Below, piece by piece: positions 26,722-36,345 of a stretch of DNA of 64,000 bases (positions within the stretch are counted from its first letter, which is position 1; the number at the start of each line of letters is the position of its first letter). The notes beneath the pieces are model-generated. The model was not told where the DNA came from. It worked only from the letters and a program-made list of their open reading frames with translations, and searched no databases. Source of the DNA: Acidimicrobiales bacterium (GTDB lineage: Bacteria > Actinomycetota > Acidimicrobiia > Acidimicrobiales > SZUA-35); contig JAWKIN010000003.1 in NCBI GenBank assembly GCA_041394345.1, forward strand, positions 62,737-126,736. Reading direction: 5' to 3'. The position numbers and the translations under genes were made by a program.

Positions 26722-27423
26722 GGGACCAACAGCTCGGCCAGCAGGTAGTGCTCTAAGCGGGCAGGTTTGGATCGCGGCCATAGGCCTCGTAGAAGCGAAC
26801 CGCGTCATTGCCGGATGACGCTGGATGCTTCGATGGCGATCGCCAGGTCGAGGTGCCGGTCGGCGATGATCGTGTGGCGAGGCTCGAGCCAGCCGGTCAC
26901 GACGCCAGCGTCGACGATAAGATTGGCAGTGTGGCCGACCGTGACAGCGCACGGATCGGCAGACGAGGGCCGGCCCTGTGACCACAGCTCGATCAGCCGA
27001 TCGAGTGAGTAGCGGCGGAACGGCTCCGGCAAGGCCGTCGGGTCGATGGTGGTTGCTTCGATTGCGACCGCCAGCTGGTTCAACCATCGACTTCGTCGGC
27101 GGCACCGGTACCGCATGGATTCGCTGCAGCTCACGGCCGGCGAGTTCCGCTAGGCCACCTATCTCACCGTGCCGTTCGGGCCGATCAGCACTGAGGCCCG
27201 CTGGCGCGTCGAGAACGATCCATCGGCCGTCAACTGCGACATCACTCCCCCATGTCGCAGGATCACCGACGATGATGCGGCCGATGCGGCTGGCCTCCTC
27301 GGCGGATGAGCACGGATACGCAATCTGCCGCTCACCGATCCACCGGTTGGTCGCGGCATCGAACTCGAACAGCGCGTCGTCGATGATCGAGGGAAGGTCG
27401 GTCTCGGTGACGGGTTCGGGCAC
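26719..27423 (-). pseudogene. Aminoglycoside/choline-kinase-type phosphotransferase family protein (frame changes)
   Basis: The N-terminus of ORF 25747..27423 reads ...WIVLDAPAGLSADRPERHGEIGGLAELAGRELQRIHAVPV. ORF 26805..27134 carries VTVGHTANLIVDAGVVTGWLEPRHTIIADRHLDLAIAI, the kinase catalytic-loop region (H.D...N expected, H.A..N observed, followed by G..D....D..DLA). The tail DAVRFYEAYGRDPNLP / RLEHYLLAELLVP is in two further frames. Confidence 0.6.
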
Positions 27424-27479
27424 GGGTCCAGGCTAGTGGTCGGTGGCGGCGGGACGGCGGGCGACCCCGCTACCGACGC

Positions 27480-28220
27480 CTACGCTCGACTTCGCGGAAA
27501 CTGCCCGACCAGTTCTACAAGGGCGTCGGTGACGCCAGGGGGATCGACGACCATGTGGAGGTGTTCGCCCCTCACCTCGCCCACCACCCAGCCTTCGGCC
27601 ACCGCACGATCGTGCGAGGGCCGGTACATCTCGCCCATGGCCAAATAGCCGAGGCCAATCGAGGGTGGAAGCCGCGGCGCCGGAATCGGCTGGTCGAAAA
27701 TGGATCGAGGAACACAATGCGCCTCGCTGAAGATGCGTCGTCTCGCCGCCTCGTCGGGCAGCATGTCTTCGACCAGCGACCCCCACCAGCGATACCACGG
27801 CGGCAAATACCCGTCGGGTCGGATCATGGCATCGAGCATCGGCGCGAGCGGAAGATCCTCCTCGACGGGCGAGCGACCGTCGGCGGGAAATCGGCCATTG
27901 ACCAGCACCACGCCGGCCACGTCGGCACCCCGCTCCACGAGCATCGAGGCCACCAGGGGTAGCCGGGGACAGCTCGCCGAGTGGCCGACGATCAGAACGT
28001 TTTGATACTGGTCCTCGGGCAACGCATCTGCCACTTCGCTCGCCCACCGCTCGACGACGTCGGTGTCGTCGATTAGGGTCGGGACGGCACGGCGACCAAG
28101 GCCCTATCGCCTCGGGATTCCAGCACCGTCGCGACATCGATCCAGGTCTCCGGGACCAAACAGGAAGCTCGGTACCAGCAGCCAGGTCCGTGGCGAGGAG
28201 TTGTCGTTAGGTGGCGTCAC
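27480..28220 (-). pseudogene. Alpha/beta-hydrolase fold protein (2 frame changes)
   Basis: ORF 27480..28034 carries NVLIVGHSASCP (nucleophile elbow). The N-terminus from GTG 28220 (VTPPNDNSSPRTWLLVPSFLFGP / ETWIDVATVLESRGDRALVAV / DDTDVVERWASEV) is spread over three frames. Confidence 0.55.
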
Positions 28221-28317
28221 AGGTCACGTTCGGTTGGGGAGCTGAGGCGATGAGCGAGCACGGCGAACCGCTCCTGTGACCCTAGTCACTTTGTCGTGGC
28301 GAAGCTTAAAACTGACG

Positions 28318-28345
28318 GAGGTCGCCAGCGTTCGCTGGCGACCTC
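28318..28345 (-). terminator. Intrinsic terminator-like hairpin downstream of ino1
   Basis: GAGGTCGCCAGCG / CGCTGGCGACCTC are 13-nt complementary arms. On the minus strand they are followed by CGTCAGTTTTAAGC. Confidence 0.5.
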
Positions 28346-28380
28346 GTCGGTGGATTCGAAATGGTTGGCGCCGTTGGCGA

Positions 28381-29683
28381 CTAACCGGCTTCGGAGTGCG
28401 TGACTGGTTCCTCGCCCATCCATTCACGCAGGGTGTTCTTCAGCTTGGTTTGTTGGATGAACAGGTCTTGTTCGGCCGGCTCGACACCAGCTGCCTGCGG
28501 AGCCTTGAGGAAGAAGCTGAGCCACTCCTGCACGCCGGATTGACCGGCGAGCGGCGAGGTCCATGAACAGCGCCAGATCGAGCACGATTGGGGCGGCAAG
28601 GATTGAGTCACGGCAGAGGAAGTCGATCTTGATCTGCATGGGGTAGCCCATCCAGCCATAGATGTCGATGGCGTCCCATCCCTCCTTGTTGTCGCCGCGT
28701 GGTGGGTAGTAGTTGATCCGCACGACGTGGTCGATGTTGCCGTAGAGGTCGGGATAGGTGTCGGGCTGCAGGATGCCATGGAGCACACCGAGCTTCGACT
28801 CTTCCTTGGTCTTGAAGTTGGCCGGATCGTCGAGGACTTCGCCGTCACGGTTGCCAAGAATGTTGGTGGAGAACCAGCCCCGCAGACCGAGCATCCGGGC
28901 CTTGAGGCCAGGGGCGATCATCGTCTTCATCAGCGTTTGGCCGGTCTTGAAGTCTTTGCCCGCGATCGGAACGCCGAGTGCGGCGGAAAGCTCGAGCATG
29001 CAGGGCAGGTCAGTCGAAAGGTTTGGTGCGCCATTGGCGAACGGCACGTGGGACTGAAGGGCGGCGTAGACGTAGATCTGCGATGGGGAGATGTTGTCGT
29101 CGTTGTCCTTGAGACCCTGCTCAAAAGCAGCAACGGTGTCATGGACGGCCGATGGCGTCTGGAAGGCTTCCGTCGAACCACACCAGACCATGACCAGGCG
29201 GTCGCAGCCATTGTCTTCGCGGAACTTCTCGATGTCAGCCATGAGCGCCATGGCTTGGTCCCACTTGTTGTCAAGCTGCTTGACGCGCTTGCCGTCGAGA
29301 CGAGACACCCACTTCTGATCGAACACGGCCTCCATGGCCGTGATGCCCTCGAGCTCGGCCGAGATCGGCGCAAGGTCGCGCTCTTCGAGTACACCGGCGG
29401 CACGTGCGGCCTCAAGTGCGTTGGACGAGATCGGGTCCCAGCCACCGAAGACGATGTCGTCGAGTGAGGCAAGTGGGGCGAAGTCTTTGATGAGCGGGTT
29501 GCGACCTTCGGAACGCTTGCCGAGACGGATGTGGGCCATCTGGCTGATCGAGCCGATTGGGGCGGTCCCCGCGGAACGGGCCTGCAAAACGCCGGCCATG
29601 AAGGTGGACGACACGGCGCCCATGCCGGGCGTCAGGATGCCGAGTTTGCCAGTTGCCGGCGCAATTGTGAGAGATTCAGTCAT
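28381..29683 (-). pseudogene. ino1: myo-Inositol-1-phosphate synthase (one frame change near the 3' end)
   Basis: From ATG 29683: MTESLTIAPATGKLGILTPGMGAVSSTFMAGV...VMVWCGSTE...SQIYVYAAL...NGAPNL...GKDFKTGQTLMKT...WFSTNILGNRDG...DSILAAPIVLDLALFMDLA. The C-terminus GQSGVQEWLSFFLKAP...LREWMGEEPV is in ORF 28381..28857. Confidence 0.9.
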
Positions 29684-29718
29684 GGCGAAGATTCTAAAGC
29701 AACCCGAAACTGATGTAG

Positions 29719-29731
29719 GCTTCACTGAAGC
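29719..29731. promoter_or_regulatory. 13-bp perfect palindrome GCTTCAcTGAAGC in the ino1/LysR divergent region (candidate LysR-type site; contains T-N11-A)
   Basis: This is the only strong dyad in the 74-bp intergenic gap 29684-29757. TTCACTGAAGCAA fits the formal T-N11-A pattern. Confidence 0.35.
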
Positions 29732-29757
29732 AATACTTAACAATTAGGCAAGGTGAC

Positions 29758-30636
29758 ATGGCCTACGATCCGCTCCACCTCCAACTGACGACGCAACATC
29801 TCGACTACTTGGTTGCCGTCGATGATCACCAAACATGGGCCCTCGCGGCGGCGAGCTGCGGAGTGAGCCCGTCGGCGCTGAGTCAGGGACTGTCCGAGCT
29901 CGAACGCCGGCTTGGATTAGCGCTCTTCGACCGGGTCGGGCGAAAGCGAGTGCTCACGGCCAACGCCGCCGAGGTGCTGGCCTATGCCCGTCGGGTGGTG
30001 GCCCAGACCCACGACCTCGAGCGCTGGGCCGACGCGAGCAAGAGCGGCGAAACCGGGGCCCTTCGCGTTGGCATGATCGACGTTGCTGCGGTCGCTCATT
30101 TTCCGGACCAGTTGCACGCCTTCCGAAATCGCTTCCCCGACGTCGACCTCCGACTCTCGGTATCCGGATCAACATCGCTCGTCGACCAGTTGCGCTCAGG
30201 CAACCTTGATGTGGCGATCGTCGTGGAGCCGATCGTGCCGCTGCCCGATCTGACGATGACGCCATTGTTGTCCGAGCCGCTCGCTGTCTACGCGCCGGAG
30301 GGACAGTCGGGTCGCAAGCCAGGCGACTGGGGACCGTGGGTGACGTTCCCGTCGTCGAGCCATAGCCGGCAGTGGATTCGACAGGAGCTCGCTGCGCTTG
30401 GGGCGTCCTTTGAGGTGGTCGCCGAGTCGCATCAGCCCGAAGTACTGCGCGAGATGGTGCGCCTGGGGATCGGCTGGACCGTGCTCCCCGTGTCGCAGGC
30501 TGAGGCTGGGCCGGGCGCAATCACTCGAGCTCGACAGCGGCCGCTGTTCAAACGTCGGTTGGTCATCGCCCGACGGAGTGGTGCGCTCCCCCACCCCGGC
30601 GTAGACCAGTTGATCTCGCTAATCGCCACCACCTAA
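29758..30636 (+). CDS. LysR-family transcriptional regulator
   Basis: The 292-aa intact ORF has an N-terminal HTH (LDYLVAVDDHQTWALAAASCGVSPSALSQGLSELERRLGLALFDRVGRK) and a LysR substrate-binding domain. It is divergent from ino1. Confidence 0.9.
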   Translation: MAYDPLHLQLTTQHLDYLVAVDDHQTWALAAASCGVSPSALSQGLSELERRLGLALFDRVGRKRVLTANAAEVLAYARRVVAQTHDLERWADASKSGETGALRVGMIDVAAVAHFPDQLHAFRNRFPDVDLRLSVSGSTSLVDQLRSGNLDVAIVVEPIVPLPDLTMTPLLSEPLAVYAPEGQSGRKPGDWGPWVTFPSSSHSRQWIRQELAALGASFEVVAESHQPEVLREMVRLGIGWTVLPVSQAEAGPGAITRARQRPLFKRRLVIARRSGALPHPGVDQLISLIATT

Positions 30637-30685
30637 CCGCACCTGGGGTCCGACGCTTCCGTACTTCGTACTCGCCAGCCCCGCA

Positions 30686-30732
30686 GTTCGGCCCACCGTT
30701 CGGCCCACCGTTCGGCCCACCGTTCGGCCGCC
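30686..30732. repeat. 12-bp tandem repeat GTTCGGCCCACC x3 plus one degenerate unit
   Basis: The units lie at 30686-30697, 30698-30709 and 30710-30721, followed by GTTCGGCCGCC. They sit in the convergent intergenic gap between the LysR gene and azlD. Confidence 0.9.
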
Positions 30733-30860
30733 AAACCGACAGACCCACCGGCCGAGCCCGCTACGACATTTTTGACAACGGGTGTTCTGGGCCTGGGCTC
30801 GAAGCGCGAGTCGCTCGTGCACGACGATGGCGCCGTCGAGCCAGATCGACGCTGGGCATA

Positions 30861-31175
30861 TCAGACGATGGCGGCCACGATATAGAGCGTCGCCATGCCA
30901 GCGATCAGCGTGTAGATCAGGTTGCGGCGCCAACGCGCGACAATCCCAGCAACCACGACTGCGGCCGCCTTGTCAACGGTAAGGCCTCCGGCCGTGGGAT
31001 CGGCGGCCAGGGTGACCGACATGGCAGCAAGCACGGCCGCCGGCACCTGGGACAACGCCCGAAGCAGCAAGGGCGGCAGCGCTCGATCGGCAAGCGCCAG
31101 AATCATGCCGGCTCGCATGGCATAGGTACCAAGGCCGACCACCCCAACGACGAACAGCCCGAGCCAGGTACTCAT
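30861..31175 (-). CDS. azlD: Branched-chain amino acid transport protein AzlD
   Basis: This is a 104-aa hydrophobic protein, MSTWLGLFVVGVVGLGTYAMRAGMILALADR..., directly downstream of azlC (4-nt overlap). Confidence 0.8.
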   Translation of the reverse strand: MSTWLGLFVVGVVGLGTYAMRAGMILALADRALPPLLLRALSQVPAAVLAAMSVTLAADPTAGGLTVDKAAAVVVAGIVARWRRNLIYTLIAGMATLYIVAAIV

Positions 31176-31859
31176 GCGTCGAACCGATCGGCCAACGTAC
31201 CTGCGATTACCCCCGCCACTCCCCCAACGACGATGCTGAGCTTGTTGGGCAGCCCGAGCGTTGCGTAGCAGGCGACCGACCCGACAGCGATGGCGACCAG
31301 GTGGGAGCGCTTAGCCACGCCCATGGCGACGAGGCCGACAAACATGACCGCGGGGCGAACCCAAGACGCCACGACGCCGGCACGGAGCCACCAAACGCCA
31401 CGCCAAGGGCCACGGAGATGTTCCATCCGATGAAGAACACACCGCGGTCGTGAGGTAGTAGCGCGCCGGAACTCGTCAGGCTCGTCGTCGGTTCGCAGCG
31501 TCATCATTGCGAACACCTGGTCGATAAGAAAGTGGGGTGCAAACCACCGCATCCACCGTGGCTGGTGCTTGAGCACCGGGCGCCATGGCGAGCGAATACA
31601 TGACGTGGCGGGAGTTGATAACCAGACCGGCCACAATGGCGGCCCACCAGGACGTCGCCCCGGCAATGGTGATAACGGCCAACTGCGACGCGCCGGCGAA
31701 CATAAGCGGGGCCGACAACCACCCGGCCACAAGTGGAAGCTCGGCGTTGGCCGCCGCCAGCCCAACAATGAAGCCAAACGGAATGGCCGGACTGAACAAA
31801 ACAAGCGCCGAGGTCAACGCTTCGGGGTGGGGGCGCAGCCGAGATACGACACTCGTCAT
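31172..31859 (-). pseudogene. azlC: AzlC-family branched-chain amino acid permease subunit (at least 2 frame changes)
   Basis: ORF 31476..31859 reads ...FSPAIPFGFIVGLAAANAELPLVAGWLSAPLMFAGASQLAVI...LVINSRHVMYSLA. The C-terminal TM segments are in ORF 31172..31804 (...AVGSVACYATLGLPNKLSIVVGGVAGVIAGTL). Confidence 0.75.
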
Positions 31860-32215
31860 GGCGCACCGAACTCTCGGTGGAGGGTCGATCGAGCCTGCCC
31901 CTCGATTCTGCCGCCTGCGAGTGCAAGCAGGGGTCCAGCAAGGCCGAAGAAGCCCTTGCCGCGAAGGTCCAAGGTGATCACCAACGAAGACCCCGGTACC
32001 CGTCGCTGAAGCTCGACCGACCCTTTGGCCTTGAATGTGCCGCCCTCGACCTGGAGCAGCCAGAGATCGCCGCTCGGCGTCACGGTGGCCCGAACGTCGT
32101 CATCGGTTGTGAACCAGCCAACGACCTCCTCGGGCCGCTCTGCTGCTTCATTGAGCCGGCGCCGAACGAGGTGTTCCTCGGCCGCGACGTCGACCGTGAA
32201 ATGTTGATGGGACAC
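31856..32215 (-). CDS. Hypothetical 119-aa protein
   Basis: This is an intact ORF with a GTG start overlapping the miaB stop. I could assign no family with confidence. Confidence 0.4.
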   Translation of the reverse strand: MSHQHFTVDVAAEEHLVRRRLNEAAERPEEVVGWFTTDDDVRATVTPSGDLWLLQVEGGTFKAKGSVELQRRVPGSSLVITLDLRGKGFFGLAGPLLALAGGRIEGQARSTLHREFGAP

Positions 32216-33660
32216 TATGACGCCGCAGTCACGGACGCCGCACTCACGGATGCCGCAGTCACGGGGATACGAGTGATGTGCTTGGCCCGGTCGACGACCT
32301 CGACGAGTTCGCCAACCAGGAAGCGCGTGGTTGCGCCGGTGACCTTCACGTTGACGTAGGTACCGGGCTTGATCGGGTCTGACGGGAAGTGAACCAGCTG
32401 GTTTTCTCTGGTTCGGCCGTTGAGAATCGCGGGGTCGCGCTTTGAAGGACCTTCAACCAGGAGCTCTTCGATACGGCCAATCTTGGCCTCATGCTTTCGG
32501 ATGGACGAGCGCTGGACAACTGCCGCGAGCCGCTCGTATCGCTCCTTGGTCACCTCAGGTTCGACAAAGGCGTCGGTCATCTCGGCTGCCTCGGTGCCGG
32601 GCCGCGGCGAATAAATGAAGGTGAAGGCCGCATCAAACTCGGCTTCGGCCGCGACGGCGAGCGTTCGCTGGAAGTCTTCCTCAGTCTCGCCCGGGAACCC
32701 GATGATGATGTCGGTCGTGATGGACACCCCAGGGAGCGTCGCCCGGGCCGCGGCGACCTTTTCGAGGAATCGCTCGCTGGTATAACCGCGATGCATCGAC
32801 GCGAGTATGCGGTTTGACCCGGACTGCAACGGGAAATGCAGGTGGGGCATGACGGCCTCGGTCTCGGCCATGGCATCGAAGACGTCTTGTGTCATGTCCT
32901 TTGGGTGCGGGCTGATGTAACGGACCCGGCGAATGCCATCGACGGCCCCGACAGCGCGAAGCAGATTGTCGAACTGGGGCCGGAGGCGGACGTCCTGGCC
33001 AGCCTTGCGAGCCGCCACTGCGAGGTCGCGGCCGTAGGAATTGACGTTCTGGCCGAGCAACGTGATCTCCGTGACGCCCCGCTTGGCCAGACGGGCCACC
33101 TCGTCGACGATCTCGTCGAACGGCCGGGAGATCTCCTTACCTCTGACGGCAGGCACGATGCAGAATGCGCAGTTGTTGTCGCAGCCGATTTGAATCGTCA
33201 CCCAGGCGGCGTAGTCGGTTTCACGCCGAACCGGCAAAGCGGAGGGGAAAAGCGTCTGCTCGTCGAGCACGGTCTCTTCCCAGATCTCGAGCACCGGCCC
33301 GTTCTCGCGGGCTTCAGCCATTAACTCGGTTGCCCGATGAACGTTGTGTGTCCCGAGCACTACATCGACGTGGCCGGCGCGCTGCTGGATCTGCTCCCGG
33401 TCCTTCTGCGCAAGGCATCCGCCAACAACAATTTGAAGGTCAGGCTTCGCCTCTTTGAGCACTTTCAGGTTGCCGAGGGCACCGTAGAGCTTGTTGTCCG
33501 CGTTCTCCCGAATGCAGCAGGTGTTGAGCACAACCACATCTGCCTCGTCGACCTGATCGGTCGCTTCGTAGCCATCGGCTTCAAGCAATCCCGCTAGTCG
33601 CTCGGAATCGTGCTCGTTCATCTGACAACCGTAGGTGCGGACCAGGTAGCGCTTGCTCAC
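32215..33660 (-). CDS. miaB: tRNA-i6A37 methylthiotransferase MiaB (radical SAM)
   Basis: The 481-aa intact ORF reads MSKRYLVRTYGCQMNEHDSERLAG...VVLNTCCIRENA...IQIGCDNNCAFCIVP. Confidence 0.95.
   Translation of the reverse strand: MSKRYLVRTYGCQMNEHDSERLAGLLEADGYEATDQVDEADVVVLNTCCIRENADNKLYGALGNLKVLKEAKPDLQIVVGGCLAQKDREQIQQRAGHVDVVLGTHNVHRATELMAEARENGPVLEIWEETVLDEQTLFPSALPVRRETDYAAWVTIQIGCDNNCAFCIVPAVRGKEISRPFDEIVDEVARLAKRGVTEITLLGQNVNSYGRDLAVAARKAGQDVRLRPQFDNLLRAVGAVDGIRRVRYISPHPKDMTQDVFDAMAETEAVMPHLHFPLQSGSNRILASMHRGYTSERFLEKVAAARATLPGVSITTDIIIGFPGETEEDFQRTLAVAAEAEFDAAFTFIYSPRPGTEAAEMTDAFVEPEVTKERYERLAAVVQRSSIRKHEAKIGRIEELLVEGPSKRDPAILNGRTRENQLVHFPSDPIKPGTYVNVKVTGATTRFLVGELVEVVDRAKHITRIPVTAASVSAASVTAAS
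32219..32263. repeat. 15-bp tandem repeat x3 encoding the MiaB C-terminal tail (VTAAS-type pentapeptides)
   Basis: The units are GACGCCGCAGTCACG, GACGCCGCACTCACG and GATGCCGCAGTCACG. They translate on the minus strand to ...PVTAASVSAASVTAAS-stop. Confidence 0.85.
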
Positions 33661-33742
33661 CCAGACAGACTAGAGCTGAGAGCGCCGTCGCGCTCCAGTC
33701 AAGCGTCACCACTTCCTGGCGACGCGGTGGCACGATGGGTCG

Positions 33743-34719
33743 ATGCCATTGCCCAACTCCACATCCGGCCGGGAAACTGCTGCCAACCTGGTGACGTCGC
33801 TCTGCTGGCTCGTGCTGCTCGGAGGGTGTCTCACACTGGGTCTGCGGATGAGCGACCTCGGCCGTCCGGCGCTACTCGCGTTGGGGGGCCTCAACCCGGT
33901 TGCCGCCCTCCTCGGGATTGGTGTGGTGGTTTGGGCTGTGGTGGCGCGGCGCGGCGCACTACTTCTCGCGGCTGCCCTGTTAGGGGCCACCCAGATCTGG
34001 GTCAACACGCCGCTTGACGCAATGACCGGTTGTGGCAATGATCAGGCCGATGGCGATCTTGTCGTCCTTGCGTCCAATGTCTACTTTCAGGGGGCAACGG
34101 CCGATCAGGCCGCGCTGATGATCATCCGCTCCGGCGCCGACGTTGTCGCACTGAGCGAAGTCCAGCCGCATTTCTTTGATCAGCTTGTCGCCATCGACGA
34201 GATCAGCGCCGCCTACCCGTATCGGTTCGCTCGCCCCGACCCGTCGCCGTCTGGCATTGCGCTGCTGAGCCGCTACCCAATCTCCGAGGAGGAGGTGGTC
34301 GGCCGCTACGCGCTCCGCGTCGTAGTCGATTCTCCCTCCGGGCCTTTTGTCTTTGAGGCGATCCACGCCATGGCTCCGGTGGGCGCGGAAAGATCGAAAC
34401 GTGGCGCAGCCAACTCGACGACCTCACCTCGCTGGCCACAACCGAGACTCGGCCCCTCGTGCTCGCAGGCGACTTCAACGCCACGGAAGACCACGTGGCG
34501 TTTCGGAAGGTGCTTGGCGTTACCACTGACGGAGCCGATGTTGCCTCGTGCGGTTGGAATGCCACCTGGCCGGAGGGTCGGGCCTACCCGCCGGTCTATC
34601 GACTCGATCATGTGCTCGTCAACGACGCGGTCGACATCATCGACGTGGACAATGTCGTTCTCGAAGCGAGCGATCACCAGGCCGTACGGGCCGTGATCCG
34701 CCTCGCCCCCAACAACTAA
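33743..34719 (+). pseudogene. Membrane-anchored endonuclease/exonuclease/phosphatase (EEP) family protein (one frame change)
   Basis: ORF 33743..34696 has N-terminal TM segments followed by VVLASNVYFQG..ADVVALSEV...IALLSRYP. ORF 34459..34719 supplies LAGDFNATEDHVAFR...YRLDHVLVN...SDHQAVRAVIRL. Confidence 0.75.
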
Positions 34720-34741
34720 CCTGCAACCTGGCCTCCCCATG

Positions 34742-34778
34742 GCTTAACTTCGTTTAGTCGGACCAAGCGAAGTTAAGC
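34742..34778. promoter_or_regulatory. AT-rich 11-bp perfect inverted repeat GCTTAACTTCG-N15-CGAAGTTAAGC
   Basis: It lies between the EEP stop (34719) and the methyltransferase start (~34798). It could be an operator or a terminator. Confidence 0.35.
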
Positions 34779-34797
34779 GAGGGTGGGGTTGATGAGA

Positions 34798-35603
34798 TGG
34801 CGCAACGTAATTCCTGCGAGCGGCTCGCCTGTGTCAAGGGTACGTCGATGGACCCCTCCGACCACACAGCCTGGCCCGATCAACATCTCAATCCTGCCAT
34901 CGCGGCGAGCTACGACCGAGCGCTGGAAGAGTCGCGACGGTGACGCCATCGACCAGACCGTCGCGGTCCTCGCCGCCCTCGCCGGCGATGGCACGGCGGT
35001 TGAATTCGCGGTCGGGGACCGGCCGGATTGCTCCCGCTCGCTCGAACCGGCGTCCGCGTGCTCGGCATCGACTTCTCGCAACCAATGCTCGACGTGCTCC
35101 GCCAGAAGGACGGGGCCGACCAGGTTGCGGTGACGCACGGCGACATGACAACGACGATCGTTTGCGACGACGCCTCACTCGTCTACCTCGTCTTCAATAC
35201 GATCGGCAATCTGCGCTCCCAAGCACAACAAGTTGCGTGTTTCCGCAACGCCGCCGCTCACCTGAGGCCGGGTGGCCGGTTCGTCATCGAGACAAACGTG
35301 CCCAAGCTGCATCACCTGTCACCGGGCGAGACGATTCACCCATTCGATGTCTCACCGACCCACCTGGGTTTTGACGAATACGTCGATCGAGTGCAACAGA
35401 TACTCATCTCACACCACTACTTCATCAGCGGCGACCGCGTCCGTACCGTGTCGGGGGCTTTTCGCTACGTCTGGCCATCGAACTCGATCTCATGGCCCAG
35501 CTCGCAGGCATGACGCTGGAGTCTCGTTGGGCCAGGTGGGACCGCCAACCGTTCACGGCCGACTCCCCGTCGCACGCCATCAGCCTGGCTCTGGCGCGGG
35601 TAG
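34798..35603 (+). pseudogene. Class I SAM-dependent methyltransferase (frame changes; ends uncertain)
   Basis: AVEFAVGTGRIALPLARTGVRVLGIDFSQPMLDVL is reconstructed across ORFs 34783.. and 35028... It continues ...LVFNTIGNL...LRPGGRFVIE...ELDLMAQLAGMTLESRWARWDRQPFTADSPSH. Confidence 0.7.
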
Positions 35604-36313
35604 CCGGCCGAAACGCTCGGGAAGTTAGACGACGCGAGTCTGGCGGCGTCGTCGGCGACGACTATTGCACGTTCCTGGGAGATGCGTCCGGCCGGAATCG
35701 TGACATCACCAGCCACCAGGCGCTCAACCATCGACGCTTGGCTTCGCCGGTGGCGAGCCATATGACTCGTCGACTTGCACTGATCAGATCGCGTAAGCGT
35801 CAGCCGCCGGGCTCCGTTGTACGCAATCGACTGACCAACGAGTCCGCCAGATTGTTCGACCAGCGGGTCGCCGGGCACGAGCGACGCCGTATGCCCATCA
35901 AGACCCAACCCGAGCTGGGCCACATCGATCGGGTTTCCCGCCAGCAATTCGGCCAGCTCCGACTCGTACTGGGTCAAGGCCGCTGCCGGTACCACGCCGG
36001 TTTCATCGGCCGCGTCGACTGGTAGCGGGAGCCAGCGCAACCGATTGTCGGAAAACGCCTGCTGTTGCGCCGTTAAGTTGCGCTCAGGCGACCCAAGTGG
36101 TGCTAGTCGCTCGTCGATCTGAATGATGATGATCTTGTTCCATGGGAACTGCCGTCGAGCCAGCTCGGCAAACACCGGTTGAGGTGTGGCCGACCCGCTT
36201 AGCGCAAGGACGCACCGGCCCCTCGCCACGATCGCATTCGTCACCGCCGTCGCGATGACATCAGCGCCCCGCGACGCCCACCGATTCGCATCAACAAATT
36301 CTGTTCTGAGCAT
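35465..36313 (-). pseudogene. pgl: 6-Phosphogluconolactonase (probable compensating frame changes; true stop probably near 35625)
   Basis: From ATG 36313: MLRTEFVDANRWASRGADVIATAV...CVLALSGSATPQPVFAEL...IIQIDERL...QLGLGLDGHTASLVPGDP. A short scrambled segment follows, then ASMVERLVAGDVTIPAGRI..AIVVADDAA. Confidence 0.8.
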
Positions 36314-36345
36314 CTGCCATTCCTCGGGTCGTTTGGTGACGGAGG

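Noticed and set aside
25747-27423. A single 558-aa fusion protein (kinase-MiaA)
   Set aside because: The middle ~110 codons are Arg-rich out-of-frame sequence. A GTGA stop/start overlap and a normal MiaA N-terminus (P-loop GPTASGKT ~20 aa after the GTG) indicate two genes.
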